Shown: positions 10,346-20,963, counted from the stretch's first letter. The stretch is 64,000 nt of DNA from Rhodocyclaceae bacterium (GCA_035456105.1 DATIDV010000041.1:27219-91218), one strand, 5' to 3'. A program made the numbers and translations. Notes: generated from the letters alone by a model not told the origin.

Positions 10346-11740
10346 ATGAAACACAAGGTCAAGAATATCCACTTCGTCGGTGTTGGCGGCTCGGGTATGA
10401 GCGGCATCGCCGAGGTGCTCAGCAATCTGGGCTTCTCGGTAAGCGGGTCCGACCTGGCCGAGAGCGCGACCACGCGTCGTCTGCAAGCGCAGGGCGTGAA
10501 AGTGATGATCGGCCATTCCGCCGACAATCTGCAGCAGGCCGATGCCATCGTGACCTCCACTGCTGTGCGTAGTGACAATCCGGAAGTGCTCGCCGCACGC
10601 GCCCGGCAGATTCCCGTCGTGCCACGTGCGCAGATGCTCGCCGAACTCATGCGTTTGAAGCAGGGCGTGGCGATTGCAGGCACACACGGCAAGACCACTA
10701 CGACCAGTCTCGTCACCAGCATCCTTGCCGAGGGCGGGCTGGACCCGACCTATGTGATTGGTGGCAAGCTCAATTCAGCGGGCGCCAATGCCAAGCTCGG
10801 CAGTGGTGATTTCCTCGTTGCCGAGGCCGACGAGTCGGATGCGTCCTTCCTGCTGCTGACGCCGGTGATCTCGGTCGTCACCAATATCGACGCCGACCAC
10901 ATGGAGACCTATGGACACGACTTCTCGCGTCTGCGTCAGGCCTTTGTCGAATTCCTGCAGCGCCTGCCGTTTTACGGCGTCGCCGTGCTGTGTGTGGATG
11001 ATCCGCACGTGCGCGAAATCATTCCCTTCGTGTCGAAGCAGATCGTGCGCTACGGCACTGATGAGTCGGCGCAAGTGCGCGCGGAAAACGTGCGTGCCGT
11101 GGGTGCGCAGATGCATTTTGATTGTGTACGCCGCAATGGCACCACATCGACGCTGCCGATCGTCCTGAATTCACCCGGGATGCATAACGTGCTCAATGCG
11201 CTCGCGGCCATTTCGGTGGCGACCGAACTGGGTGTCAGCGATGCGGCGATCCAGAAGGCGCTTGCCGAATTCCATGGTGTCGGGCGTCGTTTCCAGCGCT
11301 ACGGCGAAGTGGCACTCGCCACGGGTGGCGGTTTCACGCTGGTAGACGACTACGGCCACCATCCGGCCGAAATGGCAGCCACGCTTGCTGCGGCACGTGG
11401 GGCATTCCCGGGGCGGCGCCTGGTGCTGGCGTTTCAGCCGCATCGCTATACGCGGACACGCGACTGCTTCGAGGATTTCGTGCGCGTGCTTGGCACCGTC
11501 GACGCGCTGCTGCTCGCCGAGGTTTATGCCGCTGGCGAAACGCCGCTGGTGGCTGCCGACAGCCGCAGCCTGGCCCGCGCCTTGCGCGTGGCGGGCAAGA
11601 CTGAACCGCTGTTCGTGGAAGACATTGCCGACATGCCGGCGAGCATTCTCGAGAGTGCTCGAGATGGTGACGTGGTGCTGACGATGGGCGCGGGCTCGAT
11701 TGGTGCAGTGCCTTCAAAACTCGTGAGGAGCGATGAGTGA
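10346..11740 (+). CDS. murC: UDP-N-acetylmuramate--L-alanine ligase MurC
   Basis: Starts [25 protein letters not shown] and has P-loop [11 protein letters not shown] chose the ATG at 10346; the ORF part from 10253 has no homology-like content. The last codons lie inside repeat element A. Confidence 0.94.
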   Translation: MKHKVKNIHFVGVGGSGMSGIAEVLSNLGFSVSGSDLAESATTRRLQAQGVKVMIGHSADNLQQADAIVTSTAVRSDNPEVLAARARQIPVVPRAQMLAELMRLKQGVAIAGTHGKTTTTSLVTSILAEGGLDPTYVIGGKLNSAGANAKLGSGDFLVAEADESDASFLLLTPVISVVTNIDADHMETYGHDFSRLRQAFVEFLQRLPFYGVAVLCVDDPHVREIIPFVSKQIVRYGTDESAQVRAENVRAVGAQMHFDCVRRNGTTSTLPIVLNSPGMHNVLNALAAISVATELGVSDAAIQKALAEFHGVGRRFQRYGEVALATGGGFTLVDDYGHHPAEMAATLAAARGAFPGRRLVLAFQPHRYTRTRDCFEDFVRVLGTVDALLLAEVYAAGETPLVAADSRSLARALRVAGKTEPLFVEDIADMPASILESARDGDVVLTMGAGSIGAVPSKLVRSDE

Positions 11741-11858
11741 GGAGTGAAGAGCAAAAGCGGCGCAGTGCCGCCTGCCGCGTTCCCGCCATCGTTTTCCGTA
11801 AATTTGCGAAAGTTTCAAACCGTGACTGATTCACTCCTCACTCCTCACGCCTCACTCC
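11723..11858. repeat. Heptamer-based inverted-repeat element, copy A (murC/ddl junction)
   Basis: Left arm 11723-11751 is GTGAGGA GCGATGA GTGAGGA GTGAAGA. Right arm 11831-11858 is TCACTCC TCACTCC TCACGCC TCACTCC. The arms are largely complementary and separated by about 79 nt. Confidence 0.8.
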
Positions 11859-12772
11859 CGACTCAGCCCTTCGGCAAGGTAGCTGTGCTCATGGGCGGCA
11901 ACTCCGCCGAGCGCGAGATTTCACTGATCTCGGGCAAGGCCGTGCTCGCGGCTTTGCAGAGCAAGGGCGTCGACGCACATGCCTTCGATCCGGCTGAGCA
12001 TTCGATCTGGGATCTGAAGACGCAAGGTTTTGCGCGTGCTTTCATCGCCTTGCACGGACGCTTCGGTGAGGACGGTACCCTGCAGGGCGCGCTCGAAGCA
12101 CTCGGCATTCCCTACACCGGCAGTGGCGTGATGGCTTCCGCGCTGGCGATGGACAAGTGGCGCACCAAGCTTGTGTGGCTTGCCGCGGGCGTGCCGACGC
12201 CGCGCTTTCACATGCTCACGCCCGAAAGCGATTTTCAGTCCGTCATGCAGGACCTGGGCTTGCCGCTCATCGTCAAGCCGGCGCGTGAAGGCTCATCGAT
12301 TGGTGTCAGCAAGGTCAGCACGGCCGCCGAGTTCGCACCCGCATTCGAGGCGGCCTACAAGCTCGACCCACTCGTCATCGTCGAAGAGTTCGTGACCGGC
12401 TCGGAGATGACCGCAGCAGTGCTTGGCGACACCGCCTTGCCGCTGGTGCGCATCGAGCCAACGCAGGGCGAATACGATTACCAGAACAAATACTTCACCG
12501 ATTCGGTGAAATATCACTGCCCGGCCGGTATCGATGCAGCGCTCGAAGCTGCAATCCAGAAGGATGGCCTGCGCGCCTTCCAGGTCTTGGGGTGCAAGGG
12601 CTGGGCGCGTGCCGACGTGATCGTGCGTGCCGATGGCAGCTATGCCTTCCTGGAAATGAACACAGCACCCGGCATGACCGGCCATTCGCTGGTGCCGATG
12701 GCCGCGCGGGCGACCGGCATGAGCTTTGAAGATCTGTGCGTGAACATTCTCGAGAGGGCATCTTTTGGCTAA
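11822..12772 (+). CDS. ddl: D-alanine--D-alanine ligase
   Basis: Conserved core begins at GKVAVLMGGNSAEREISL and is ATP-grasp throughout. The start is uncertain: GTG 11822 (used here) or GTG 11744. Either way the N-terminus is encoded by the right arm of repeat A. Confidence 0.9.
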   Translation: MTDSLLTPHASLPTQPFGKVAVLMGGNSAEREISLISGKAVLAALQSKGVDAHAFDPAEHSIWDLKTQGFARAFIALHGRFGEDGTLQGALEALGIPYTGSGVMASALAMDKWRTKLVWLAAGVPTPRFHMLTPESDFQSVMQDLGLPLIVKPAREGSSIGVSKVSTAAEFAPAFEAAYKLDPLVIVEEFVTGSEMTAAVLGDTALPLVRIEPTQGEYDYQNKYFTDSVKYHCPAGIDAALEAAIQKDGLRAFQVLGCKGWARADVIVRADGSYAFLEMNTAPGMTGHSLVPMAARATGMSFEDLCVNILERASFG

Positions 12773-13631
12773 GGGCGTGCCCGCCTTCCAGAGCGCGTCG
12801 GCCGGCGACAAACCGGCAGGGCGTGCTGCCGCCAAAAACGCAGCGCAAAAGGGCGAGGGCGGTTTCTGGCATAGCGCCGAATGGATGAACCTGGTTTCAG
12901 ACATTCTGCTGCTGGTTGCCTCGGTGGTAATAGGGTATGCCGTCGTCAAGTCCGTACTGCACATGTCGCTGTTCGAATTGCGTCAGGTTGTCGTCACGAC
13001 GCCGCTCGGCCAGGTCACGGGGGCGCAACTCGAGTACGCGGCGGTCTCATCGATGCGTGGCAATTTCTTCACCGTTGATCTGGAGAAGGCGCGCGAGTCC
13101 TTCGAGAAGCTGCCCTGGGTTCGTCACGCACAGGTGCGTCGACGCTGGCCCGCGACCGTTGAGGTAAGCCTCGAAGAACAGGCGGCGGTGGCCTACTGGA
13201 AAATGCTCGATACGGGCGACATGCGCCTCGTCAATACGCATGGCGAAGTGTTTGACGCAGCCAGCAACGCAACGATGCCTGTGTTCAGCGGCCCGAGCGA
13301 ACGCGCCGGTGACATGCTGGACGCACAACAGCGCTGGGACGAGATGCTGCAACCGATTGGACGTCACATCGTCAGCATGAACCTCTCCCCGCGCAGTGCC
13401 TGGCAGCTGCATCTGGATGATGGGCTCGTGCTGGAGATGGGGCGGGACCAGACCAAGGCACCGGTCGATGATCGCCTGCGGAAATTCGTAGCGGCCTATC
13501 CGGCTGCGCAGGAAAAACTGCAACGTCGCTGGGCAGTCGCCGATCTGCGCTACCCCGCCGGCTTTGCAGTAAAAATGACAAATGAAAAAACTTCGCCAGA
13601 GAAGTCCAATAACGCCAAGGGCAAACAATGA
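12765..13631 (+). CDS. ftsQ: Cell division protein FtsQ
   Basis: Single TM helix (LVSDILLLVASVVIGYAVV) followed by a POTRA/FtsQ-type periplasmic domain. It sits between ddl and ftsA. The start is uncertain: TTG 12765 or ATG 12885. Confidence 0.85.
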   Translation: MAKGVPAFQSASAGDKPAGRAAAKNAAQKGEGGFWHSAEWMNLVSDILLLVASVVIGYAVVKSVLHMSLFELRQVVVTTPLGQVTGAQLEYAAVSSMRGNFFTVDLEKARESFEKLPWVRHAQVRRRWPATVEVSLEEQAAVAYWKMLDTGDMRLVNTHGEVFDAASNATMPVFSGPSERAGDMLDAQQRWDEMLQPIGRHIVSMNLSPRSAWQLHLDDGLVLEMGRDQTKAPVDDRLRKFVAAYPAAQEKLQRRWAVADLRYPAGFAVKMTNEKTSPEKSNNAKGKQ

Positions 13632-14857
13632 GCAGGGATAGCAAGAACCTCATCGTCGGACTCGACATCGGCACTTCCAAGATCACCGCCATGGTGGCCG
13701 AATTGCGCCCCGATGGCCGTGTCGAAGTCGTCGGTATCGCCACACAACCCTCGAGTGGTCTGAAGAAAGGTGTGGTGGTGAACATCGAGGCCACGGTCGA
13801 CGCCATTTCGCGTGCAGTGCAGGAAGTCGAGCTGATGGCCGACTGCAAGATTCACGACGTCTACACCGGCATCGCCGGCAGTCACATTCGCAGCTTCAAC
13901 TCCAACGGCATGGTGGCGATCAAGGACAAGGAAGTCTCGCCGCTGGATGTCGAGCGTGTCATCGACGTGGCACGCGCCATGCCGATCCCTGCCGACCAGC
14001 AGATCCTGCACATCCTTACGCAGGAATTCATCATCGACGGCCAGGACGGCGTGCGCGAGCCGATCGGTATGAGCGGCGTGAAACTCGAAGTGAAGGTGCA
14101 CATCATTACCGGCGCCGTGTCGGCTGCGCAGAACCTCATCAAGTGCGTGCGCCGCTGTGGTCTGGAAGTGTCAGACCTCGTGCTGCAGCCGTTGGCATCG
14201 AGTTTTGCGACGCTGTCTGAGGACGAGAAAGAGCTTGGCGTGTGTCTGGTTGACGTTGGTGGCGGGACCACCGATCTGGCGATTTTCACGCAGGGTGCAA
14301 TTCGCCACACGGCAGTGATTCCAATTGCAGGCGATCAGGTCACAAACGACATCGCCATGGCGCTTCGTACGCCCACGGCCGAAGCCGAGGAAATCAAGCT
14401 GAGCCACGGTATTGCCCTGCATAGCATGGTGGATCCGGCCGACGCCATTGAAGTGCCTAGCGTGGGTGATCGTGCGCCACGCAGGATGTCGCGATCGTCG
14501 CTGACTGACGTCATCGAGCCACGTGTTACCGAATTGTTCGAGCTTGTACAGGGTGAGCTGCGCCGCAGCGGTTATGAGGAGCTCTTGTCGTCCGGGCTGG
14601 TGCTGACCGGGGGCTCGGCAACGCTGGCCGGCATCTGTGAATTGGGTGAGGAAGTTTTCCATCTGCCCGTGCGCATCGGTACGCCGCAGTATCAGGGAAG
14701 TCTTGCCGATGTCATCTGCCACCCGCAATACGCCAACGTGATGGGTCTCGTGCTCGAAGGTGCGGCACAGCGTCGACGCGGCATGCAGGCGCGTGACGGA
14801 CAGAGTTTCAAGCAGGTTTTCCAGCGCATGAAATCGTGGTTCGAAAAAAACCTGTGA
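13628..14857 (+). CDS. ftsA: Cell division protein FtsA
   Basis: 409 aa actin-like ATPase (LIVGLDIGTSKI, DVGGGTTDLA). The start overlaps the ftsQ stop (ATGA). Confidence 0.96.
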   Translation: MSRDSKNLIVGLDIGTSKITAMVAELRPDGRVEVVGIATQPSSGLKKGVVVNIEATVDAISRAVQEVELMADCKIHDVYTGIAGSHIRSFNSNGMVAIKDKEVSPLDVERVIDVARAMPIPADQQILHILTQEFIIDGQDGVREPIGMSGVKLEVKVHIITGAVSAAQNLIKCVRRCGLEVSDLVLQPLASSFATLSEDEKELGVCLVDVGGGTTDLAIFTQGAIRHTAVIPIAGDQVTNDIAMALRTPTAEAEEIKLSHGIALHSMVDPADAIEVPSVGDRAPRRMSRSSLTDVIEPRVTELFELVQGELRRSGYEELLSSGLVLTGGSATLAGICELGEEVFHLPVRIGTPQYQGSLADVICHPQYANVMGLVLEGAAQRRRGMQARDGQSFKQVFQRMKSWFEKNL

Positions 14858-15045
14858 AATGTCATGCACTTGTGAATGCAGCGCTTATGCCGTTTGGCGA
14901 TGCCCAATAAAGCACGCATAAAAGCTTGTGTCCTGTAGGGCTATTTAGTAGTAAACTTCGCGCCACATACCATATCTAGGCGTTCCGGTAGTCCACCGCC
15001 GGGCTCCGATGAACTGTCTGGCGCATCAACAAAAGGAGTGCACGC

Positions 15046-16188
15046 ATGATCGAGATCGTTGAGAAGGAAACCAGCGGTACCGTCATCAAGGTCGTTGGTG
15101 TGGGTGGCGCGGGTGGTAATGCCGTCGATCACATGATCCGCGAAGGCGTCCAGGGCGTTGAGTTCGTTTGCGCCAACACTGACGCTCAGGCACTCAAACG
15201 CTCCCTCGCTGCGACCAAGATCCAGCTTGGTGGCACGGGCCTCGGCGCCGGTGCCAAGCCTGAAGCCGGCCGCGCTGCAGCGCTCGAAAATCGCGAACGC
15301 ATCGTCGAAGCACTCGACGGCGCACACATGGTGTTCATCACTGCCGGCATGGGTGGTGGTACTGGCACCGGCGCAGCGCCAGTGATCGCCGAGGTGGCTC
15401 GCGAGCTGGGCATCCTGACCGTCGCCGTCGTTACCAAGCCTTTCGATTTCGAGAACCGCATCCGCGTCGCAGATAGCGGTGTCGAAGAACTCTCGCGCCA
15501 CGTCGATTCGCTGATCGTTGTGCTCAACGACAAGTTGATGGAGGTCTATGGCGAGGAAGCGAGCTTCGTGGATTGCTTCCGCAACGCAGACGAAGTACTA
15601 CGCAAGGCCGTCGGCGGCATTGCTGAAATAATCAATGTGCCAGGCCTCGTCAATGTCGACTTCCAGGATGTGCGTACGCTGATGGCCGAAATGGGCCGCG
15701 CCATGATGGGCTCTGCTGAAGCTGCGGGGCTCGACCGCGCACGCATCGCCGCCGAGCAAGCTGCCAACAGCCCGTTGCTCGAAGGTGTCGAGCTCGAAGG
15801 CGCGCGTGGCGTGCTGATCAACATCACCGCCAGCCGCTCGCTGAAGATGGCCGAAGTGCGCGAAGCGGTGCAGACCGTGCGTGCTTTTGCGATGGAAGAC
15901 GCCAGCGTTTTTTACGGCACCGTGTTCGAAGAAAGCATGGAAGACCGTATCCGCGTCACCGTGCTGGCCACCGGCCTCGGTACGCGCCGCGCAGCCACCC
16001 GTCAGCAGCCCGTCATGCAGGTCATCAATCGTACGGGTACCGACAATATGGGCACAGAAGTGAACTACGGGGATCTGGATCTGCCTGCCGTTATTCGTCG
16101 CCCTGAGCGCCGCACGGTAGAAGCAATGAGCGCCAACGGTTTCGGTACCTATGACATTCCGGCTTTCCTTCGCAAGCAGGCCGACTGA
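15046..16188 (+). CDS. ftsZ: Cell division GTPase FtsZ
   Basis: 380 aa with the tubulin signature GGGTGTGAAP, the N-terminal VVGVGGAGGNAV motif and the C-terminal peptide DIPAFLRKQAD. An AAGGAG RBS precedes it. Confidence 0.98.
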   Translation: MIEIVEKETSGTVIKVVGVGGAGGNAVDHMIREGVQGVEFVCANTDAQALKRSLAATKIQLGGTGLGAGAKPEAGRAAALENRERIVEALDGAHMVFITAGMGGGTGTGAAPVIAEVARELGILTVAVVTKPFDFENRIRVADSGVEELSRHVDSLIVVLNDKLMEVYGEEASFVDCFRNADEVLRKAVGGIAEIINVPGLVNVDFQDVRTLMAEMGRAMMGSAEAAGLDRARIAAEQAANSPLLEGVELEGARGVLINITASRSLKMAEVREAVQTVRAFAMEDASVFYGTVFEESMEDRIRVTVLATGLGTRRAATRQQPVMQVINRTGTDNMGTEVNYGDLDLPAVIRRPERRTVEAMSANGFGTYDIPAFLRKQAD

Positions 16189-16232
16189 GCTAGCCAATTC
16201 GCCGTAGCCGCGAGATGTCTCGCGCAATCAAG

Positions 16233-16267
16233 AGGCCGCCGGGAACAAGGTTCTTTGCGGCCTTTTG
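16233..16267 (+). terminator. Putative rho-independent terminator after ftsZ
   Basis: AGGCCGC ... GCGGCCT stem with an inner GAAC/GTTC pairing, followed by TTTTGCTCATTTTT, about 45 nt after the ftsZ stop. Confidence 0.6.
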
Positions 16268-16441
16268 CTCATTTTTCGTCATGGCACAGGCGAGCATACA
16301 GGGTCAGAGTCAGTGAGTATTCTCAGGTCATCCCGGCAACATACTGTTACGTTGACCGGGATAATCGGCCGGAGCGTGGCGTGTATACTTGCTGCGGCAC
16401 AGAATGATTCCGTGCCTTTTCGTGAACTCCCAGGCAACTCC

Positions 16442-17362
16442 ATGATTCGTCAGCGAACGCTAAAATCAATCGTTAAGGCCACTGGCGTTGGCCTGCATAG
16501 CGGTACGCGCGTCGAGATGAGCCTGCGCCCCGCGGCGCCGGACACCGGCATCGTGTTCCGCCGCGTCGATCTGCAGCCGCCGGTGGATTTGCTGACTGAC
16601 CCATATTCGGTCGTCGACACGCGCTTGTGCTCTGGTTTGCAGCGCGGAGAAGCCAAGGTCGGTACGATCGAGCACCTCATGTCGGCGCTGGCAGGTCTGG
16701 GCATCGACAATTGTTACGTGGATGTCGATGCCGCTGAAATTCCGATTCTTGACGGTAGTGCTGCACCTTTCGTATTTCTGTTGCAATCGGCCGGTATCGA
16801 AGCTCAGAACGCGCCCAAGCGTTTCCTGCGTGTAAAGAAGCCGGTCGAGGTGCGGGAAGGCGACAAGTGGGTCAAGCTCTTGCCCTACGATGGCTTCAAA
16901 CTGACCTTTTCGATCCACTTCAATCATCCGGCCATCGACAGCACGCCGACTGAAGTCAGCGTCGATTTCGCGCACGATGTGTATGCGCGGGATGTGGCGC
17001 GCGCCCGTACCTTCGGTCAGATGCAGGATCTGGAAACCATGCTGAATGCCGGGCTGGCCATGGGTGGCAGTCTGGAAAATGCCATTGTCGTGGATGAGTA
17101 TCGCGTGTTGAACAGCGACGGGCTGCGCTACGCCGACGAATTCGTGAAGCACAAGGTGCTCGACGCGATTGGTGATCTTTACGTGGCGGGCAAACCGCTG
17201 CTGGCCGCCTATAGCGCGCACAAATCAGGCCATGCCTTGAATAATCAGCTATTGCGCGCATTGCTGGAGGATGAGACGGCGTGGGATATCGTCAGCTTCG
17301 AGGACGATGCGGCGATTCCAGAGAATCTGCGCGGGCAGTTCGCCCTGCAATTGGTGTCCTGA
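16442..17362 (+). CDS. lpxC: UDP-3-O-acyl-N-acetylglucosamine deacetylase LpxC
   Basis: Starts [24 protein letters not shown] and contains [14 protein letters not shown] and [10 protein letters not shown]. The ATG at 16442 gives 306 aa. Confidence 0.96.
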   Translation: MIRQRTLKSIVKATGVGLHSGTRVEMSLRPAAPDTGIVFRRVDLQPPVDLLTDPYSVVDTRLCSGLQRGEAKVGTIEHLMSALAGLGIDNCYVDVDAAEIPILDGSAAPFVFLLQSAGIEAQNAPKRFLRVKKPVEVREGDKWVKLLPYDGFKLTFSIHFNHPAIDSTPTEVSVDFAHDVYARDVARARTFGQMQDLETMLNAGLAMGGSLENAIVVDEYRVLNSDGLRYADEFVKHKVLDAIGDLYVAGKPLLAAYSAHKSGHALNNQLLRALLEDETAWDIVSFEDDAAIPENLRGQFALQLVS

Positions 17363-17369
17363 CGCCACC

Positions 17370-17558
17370 ATGCTCATCCTGCGCTTTGTCGGGCTGCTTC
17401 TGCTGGTGGCAATGGCGCTGTGTGTAGGAGCCGGTCTGCTGACCGGGCAAAAACACTACCTGCAATGGGCCAAGATGCTGTTGCGGGTTGGCGTGGCGGT
17501 GGGCGTGGTGTTCGTGGCGCTTCTGCTGCTGGAGCGCCTGATCGCACCGATGGTGTGA
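17370..17558 (+). CDS. Small hydrophobic membrane protein (62 aa), function unknown
   Basis: MLILRFVGLLLLVAMALCVGAGLL... contains two predicted TM helices and lies 8 nt after lpxC. No family recognised. Confidence 0.45.
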   Translation: MLILRFVGLLLLVAMALCVGAGLLTGQKHYLQWAKMLLRVGVAVGVVFVALLLLERLIAPMV

Positions 17559-17575
17559 GTTTTGTGTGAATTCGC

Positions 17576-18013
17576 TCAGCGTGACTGTTCACGCATGCGT
17601 TTCAAGGCAAGCGCCAGCGGGCTGTCTTTCTCCAGTTTCTCTTCCAGTTCCTTCAGGGCGTTCTTGCCCGACTCGCCGATCCGCCGCTCCTGCGTGGCGT
17701 ACAGCCCATGCCGTTCGCTGTTGTGAACGGCGCGGACCTTGACCCTGATTTCCTGCACCGGCTCGTTGAGCGCCAGCAAGTCGCTGCGTAGCGTTTCCAG
17801 ACTCATCTTGAGCCGTGCTGCCAGCGCAGGTGTGGCGGCGTGGAGGGTCAGGGTGCCGAGGTCGAAGTTGGCCACGCTGACGGCGCCATGCATATTGGCA
17901 GGCAGGCTAAGTTCTAGCTGGCGCTGCATGCGCACCAGCCGGGCGGCGTGATCCTGCAGGCGAGAAAGCGCGTCGGAGGCACCCAGAAAGCGCTGGAGAG
18001 GTGCGGCACACAT
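17576..18013 (-). CDS. DUF721 / DciA-like protein
   Basis: 145 aa, divergent from secA and convergent with lpxC. I recall DUF721 genes occupying this position in proteobacteria. The core (GTLTLHAATPALAARLKMSLETLRSDL) resembles the DUF721 fold region. Assignment is from memory of the family, not a search. Confidence 0.55.
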   Translation of the reverse strand: MCAAPLQRFLGASDALSRLQDHAARLVRMQRQLELSLPANMHGAVSVANFDLGTLTLHAATPALAARLKMSLETLRSDLLALNEPVQEIRVKVRAVHNSERHGLYATQERRIGESGKNALKELEEKLEKDSPLALALKRMREQSR

Positions 18014-18190
18014 GGGGAAAAGGGCGATCCCTTGTATTTATGAAATCTGCCCACATGCTACAGGAGCCCGACTATCGGCAGTGCCTGTCTTCGACCCCGC
18101 CTGTGTCAAAGGGTGAGCTTGTCAGCATGCTAGAATCGCGAACTTCGCGCCGAGTCCAGGCCGTTCCTACTTACTTTTTTCAATAAAAAC

Positions 18191-20914
18191 ATGATCCAAG
18201 GCCTGCTCAGAAAATTCTTCGGTAGTCGCAATGATCGTCTGGTCCGGCAGTACATCCAGAAGGTAGGTGCCATCAATGCGCTGGAAGCGCAGATGGCGGC
18301 CTTGTCGGATGGCGCTCTGCAGGCCAAGACGCAGGAGTTCCGCGATCGCCTGGCCAAGGGCGAGACGCTGGACGACTTGCTGCCCGAAGCTTTCGCCGTG
18401 GTGCGTGAAGCGGGCAAGCGTGTGCACGGCATGCGTCACTTCGACATGCAGATGGTGGGTGGCATGGTATTGCATGGCGGCAAGATCGCTGAAATGCGTA
18501 CCGGTGAAGGCAAGACGCTGACGGCGACTCTGCCTATCTATCTGAACGCGCTGTCCGGCAAGGGCGTGCATCTGGTGACGGTAAATGACTATCTGGCCTC
18601 GCGTGACGCGGACTGGATGGGCCGCATCTATAAGTTCCTCGGCCTGACGGTCGGCGTGAACCTGTCGCAGATGAGCCACGAGGACAAACAGGCCGCTTAT
18701 GCTGCCGACATCACCTACGGCACCAACAACGAATTCGGCTTCGATTACCTGCGCGACAACATGGTGTACACGAAGGAAGAGCGTGTGCAGCGTGGCCTGA
18801 ACTACGCGATCGTTGACGAAGTGGATTCGATCCTGATCGACGAGGCGCGTACGCCGCTGATCATCTCCGGCCAGGCAGAAGATCACACCGATCTGTACGT
18901 AAAAATGAATGCCGTGCCGCCACTGCTCTCGCTGCAGGAAGGCGAGGATGACAATGTCACGGTGCCGGGCGACTACACGCTGGATTTGAAGGGGCATCAG
19001 GTCTTGCTGACCGAGCAGGGCTACGACAAGGCCGAGGAAATCCTTGCGCGCATCGGTCTGCTCGCCGAAGGCAGCAGCCTGTATGACCCATCCAACATCC
19101 TGTTGATCCACCACATCTACGCTGCGCTGCGCGCCCACACGCTGTATCACAAGGATCAGCACTATGTGGTGCAGGACGGTGAAGTCATCATCGTCGACGA
19201 GTTTACCGGCCGCCTGATGGCGGGCCGTCGCTGGGGCGATGGTCTGCACCAAGCCGTGGAAGCGAAGGAAAACGCGTCGATTCGTGCCGAGAACCAGACG
19301 CTTGCATCGATCACCTTCCAGAATTATTTCCGCATGTACTCCAAGCTGGCCGGCATGACCGGTACGGCCGATACGGAAGCCTACGAGTTCCACCAGATCT
19401 ATGGTCTGGAAACGGTCGTGATTCCGACTCATCGCGACATGATTCGCAAGGATCAGAACGATCTGGTGTATCGCACGGCCAACGAGAAACATGCCGCCAT
19501 CATCGCGGACATCAAGGTGTGCCACGAGCGGGGGCAGCCGGTGCTGGTCGGTACGACGTCCATCGAGAACTCCGAGCTGCTGTCGGATTTGCTGACGAAA
19601 GAAAAGCTGCCACATCAGGTGCTCAACGCCAAGCAGCATGCGCGTGAAGCCGAGATCGTCGTACAGGCCGGGCGTCCCGGCGTGATCACGATCGCGACGA
19701 ACATGGCCGGTCGCGGTACCGACATTGTGTTGGGGGGCAACTTCGAGCGCGAGGCTGCATTGCTGCGTGAAGACCAAAGCATCTCGGACGCCGACAAGGA
19801 AGCCCGGATCGCCAAGATGCGGGGTGAGTGGAAGGCCTTGCACTCGATCGTGCTGGAAGCCGGCGGCCTGAAGATCATCGGTACCGAGCGTCACGAGTCA
19901 CGTCGTATCGACAACCAGTTGCGTGGCCGTTCCGGCCGTCAGGGCGACCCGGGCGAAAGCCGTTTCTATCTATCGCTCGAAGATCAGCTCATGAAGATCT
20001 TCGGCGGTGACCGTCTCAATATGATCATGCAGCGTCTCAAGATGCCCGAAGGCGAGGCCATCGAGCACAGCATGGTAACGCGTTCGCTGGAGTCGGCGCA
20101 GCGCAAGGTCGAGCAACGCAACTTCGACATGCGCAAGCAGCTGCTTGAATATGACGATGTCGCAAACGACCAACGCAAGGTGATCTATCAGCAGCGCAAC
20201 GAGTTGCTTGAGACCACGGATATTTCCGAGACCATCACTGCGATGCGTCAGGGCGTGCTGACGGATTTGTTCCGCAGCTTCGTGCCGGCCGAGTCGGTGG
20301 AAGAGCAGTGGGACATCGACGGTCTGCAGAAGGCGCTGGAGTCGGAATACAAGCTCAGCCTGCCGCTGACCGAGTGGTCGAAGGCTGAGAATCAACTGTC
20401 TGACGAAGACATCCTGACGCGCGTGATTGAAGCGTCCGACAAGGCCTATGCCGACAAGATTGCCGACGTGAACCTCGAGGCCTGGCAGGGCTTCGAGCGC
20501 AACGTCATGCTCAACAATCTGGATTCGCACTGGCGCGAGCATCTGGCTTCGCTCGATCACCTGCGTCAGGGCATTCACCTGCGTGGCTATGCGCAGAAGA
20601 ATCCGAAGCAGGAATACAAGCGCGAGGCGTTCGAGTTGTTCGAGGGCCTGCTCAACGCCGTGCGTGGTGATGTGACGCGCATGCTGGTAACGGTGCAGAT
20701 TCGTTCGGAAGAGCAGATCGAGCAGGCGGTCGAGGCGCATCCGGAGGTGGATAACGTCCAGTATCACCACGCTGACTATGACGAAGCGCTGGCCAGCGCT
20801 GCCACGGCCAAGCTGCAAATGCCGGAAGGGCAATACGCTCGTGTCGGACGCAACGATGCCTGCCCATGTGGATCGGGCAAGAAGTACAAGCATTGCCACG
20901 GCCAACTCGCTTGA
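18191..20914 (+). CDS. secA: Preprotein translocase ATPase SecA
   Basis: 907 aa with Walker [10 protein letters not shown], the [23 protein letters not shown] motif and the C-terminal zinc finger [14 protein letters not shown]. Confidence 0.98.
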   Translation: MIQGLLRKFFGSRNDRLVRQYIQKVGAINALEAQMAALSDGALQAKTQEFRDRLAKGETLDDLLPEAFAVVREAGKRVHGMRHFDMQMVGGMVLHGGKIAEMRTGEGKTLTATLPIYLNALSGKGVHLVTVNDYLASRDADWMGRIYKFLGLTVGVNLSQMSHEDKQAAYAADITYGTNNEFGFDYLRDNMVYTKEERVQRGLNYAIVDEVDSILIDEARTPLIISGQAEDHTDLYVKMNAVPPLLSLQEGEDDNVTVPGDYTLDLKGHQVLLTEQGYDKAEEILARIGLLAEGSSLYDPSNILLIHHIYAALRAHTLYHKDQHYVVQDGEVIIVDEFTGRLMAGRRWGDGLHQAVEAKENASIRAENQTLASITFQNYFRMYSKLAGMTGTADTEAYEFHQIYGLETVVIPTHRDMIRKDQNDLVYRTANEKHAAIIADIKVCHERGQPVLVGTTSIENSELLSDLLTKEKLPHQVLNAKQHAREAEIVVQAGRPGVITIATNMAGRGTDIVLGGNFEREAALLREDQSISDADKEARIAKMRGEWKALHSIVLEAGGLKIIGTERHESRRIDNQLRGRSGRQGDPGESRFYLSLEDQLMKIFGGDRLNMIMQRLKMPEGEAIEHSMVTRSLESAQRKVEQRNFDMRKQLLEYDDVANDQRKVIYQQRNELLETTDISETITAMRQGVLTDLFRSFVPAESVEEQWDIDGLQKALESEYKLSLPLTEWSKAENQLSDEDILTRVIEASDKAYADKIADVNLEAWQGFERNVMLNNLDSHWREHLASLDHLRQGIHLRGYAQKNPKQEYKREAFELFEGLLNAVRGDVTRMLVTVQIRSEEQIEQAVEAHPEVDNVQYHHADYDEALASAATAKLQMPEGQYARVGRNDACPCGSGKKYKHCHGQLA

Positions 20915-20939
20915 TGCGGGATTGGCGTGATAGCGCCAA

Positions 20940-20963
20940 GGGCCGGGTTTCCGGCCCTTTTTT
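20940..20963 (+). terminator. Rho-independent terminator of secA
   Basis: GGGCCGG-GTTT-CCGGCCC followed by TTTTTT, 26 nt after the secA stop. Confidence 0.85.

Noticed and set aside
18014-18190. secA leader lacking an obvious Shine-Dalgarno sequence (TTTTTTCAATAAAAACATG), and a TAGAAT -10-like box
   Set aside because: No properly spaced -35 element was found for the TAGAAT box. An AT-rich unstructured leader is a common alternative to an SD sequence, so there is not enough evidence to call a promoter or a secM-like regulatory ORF.
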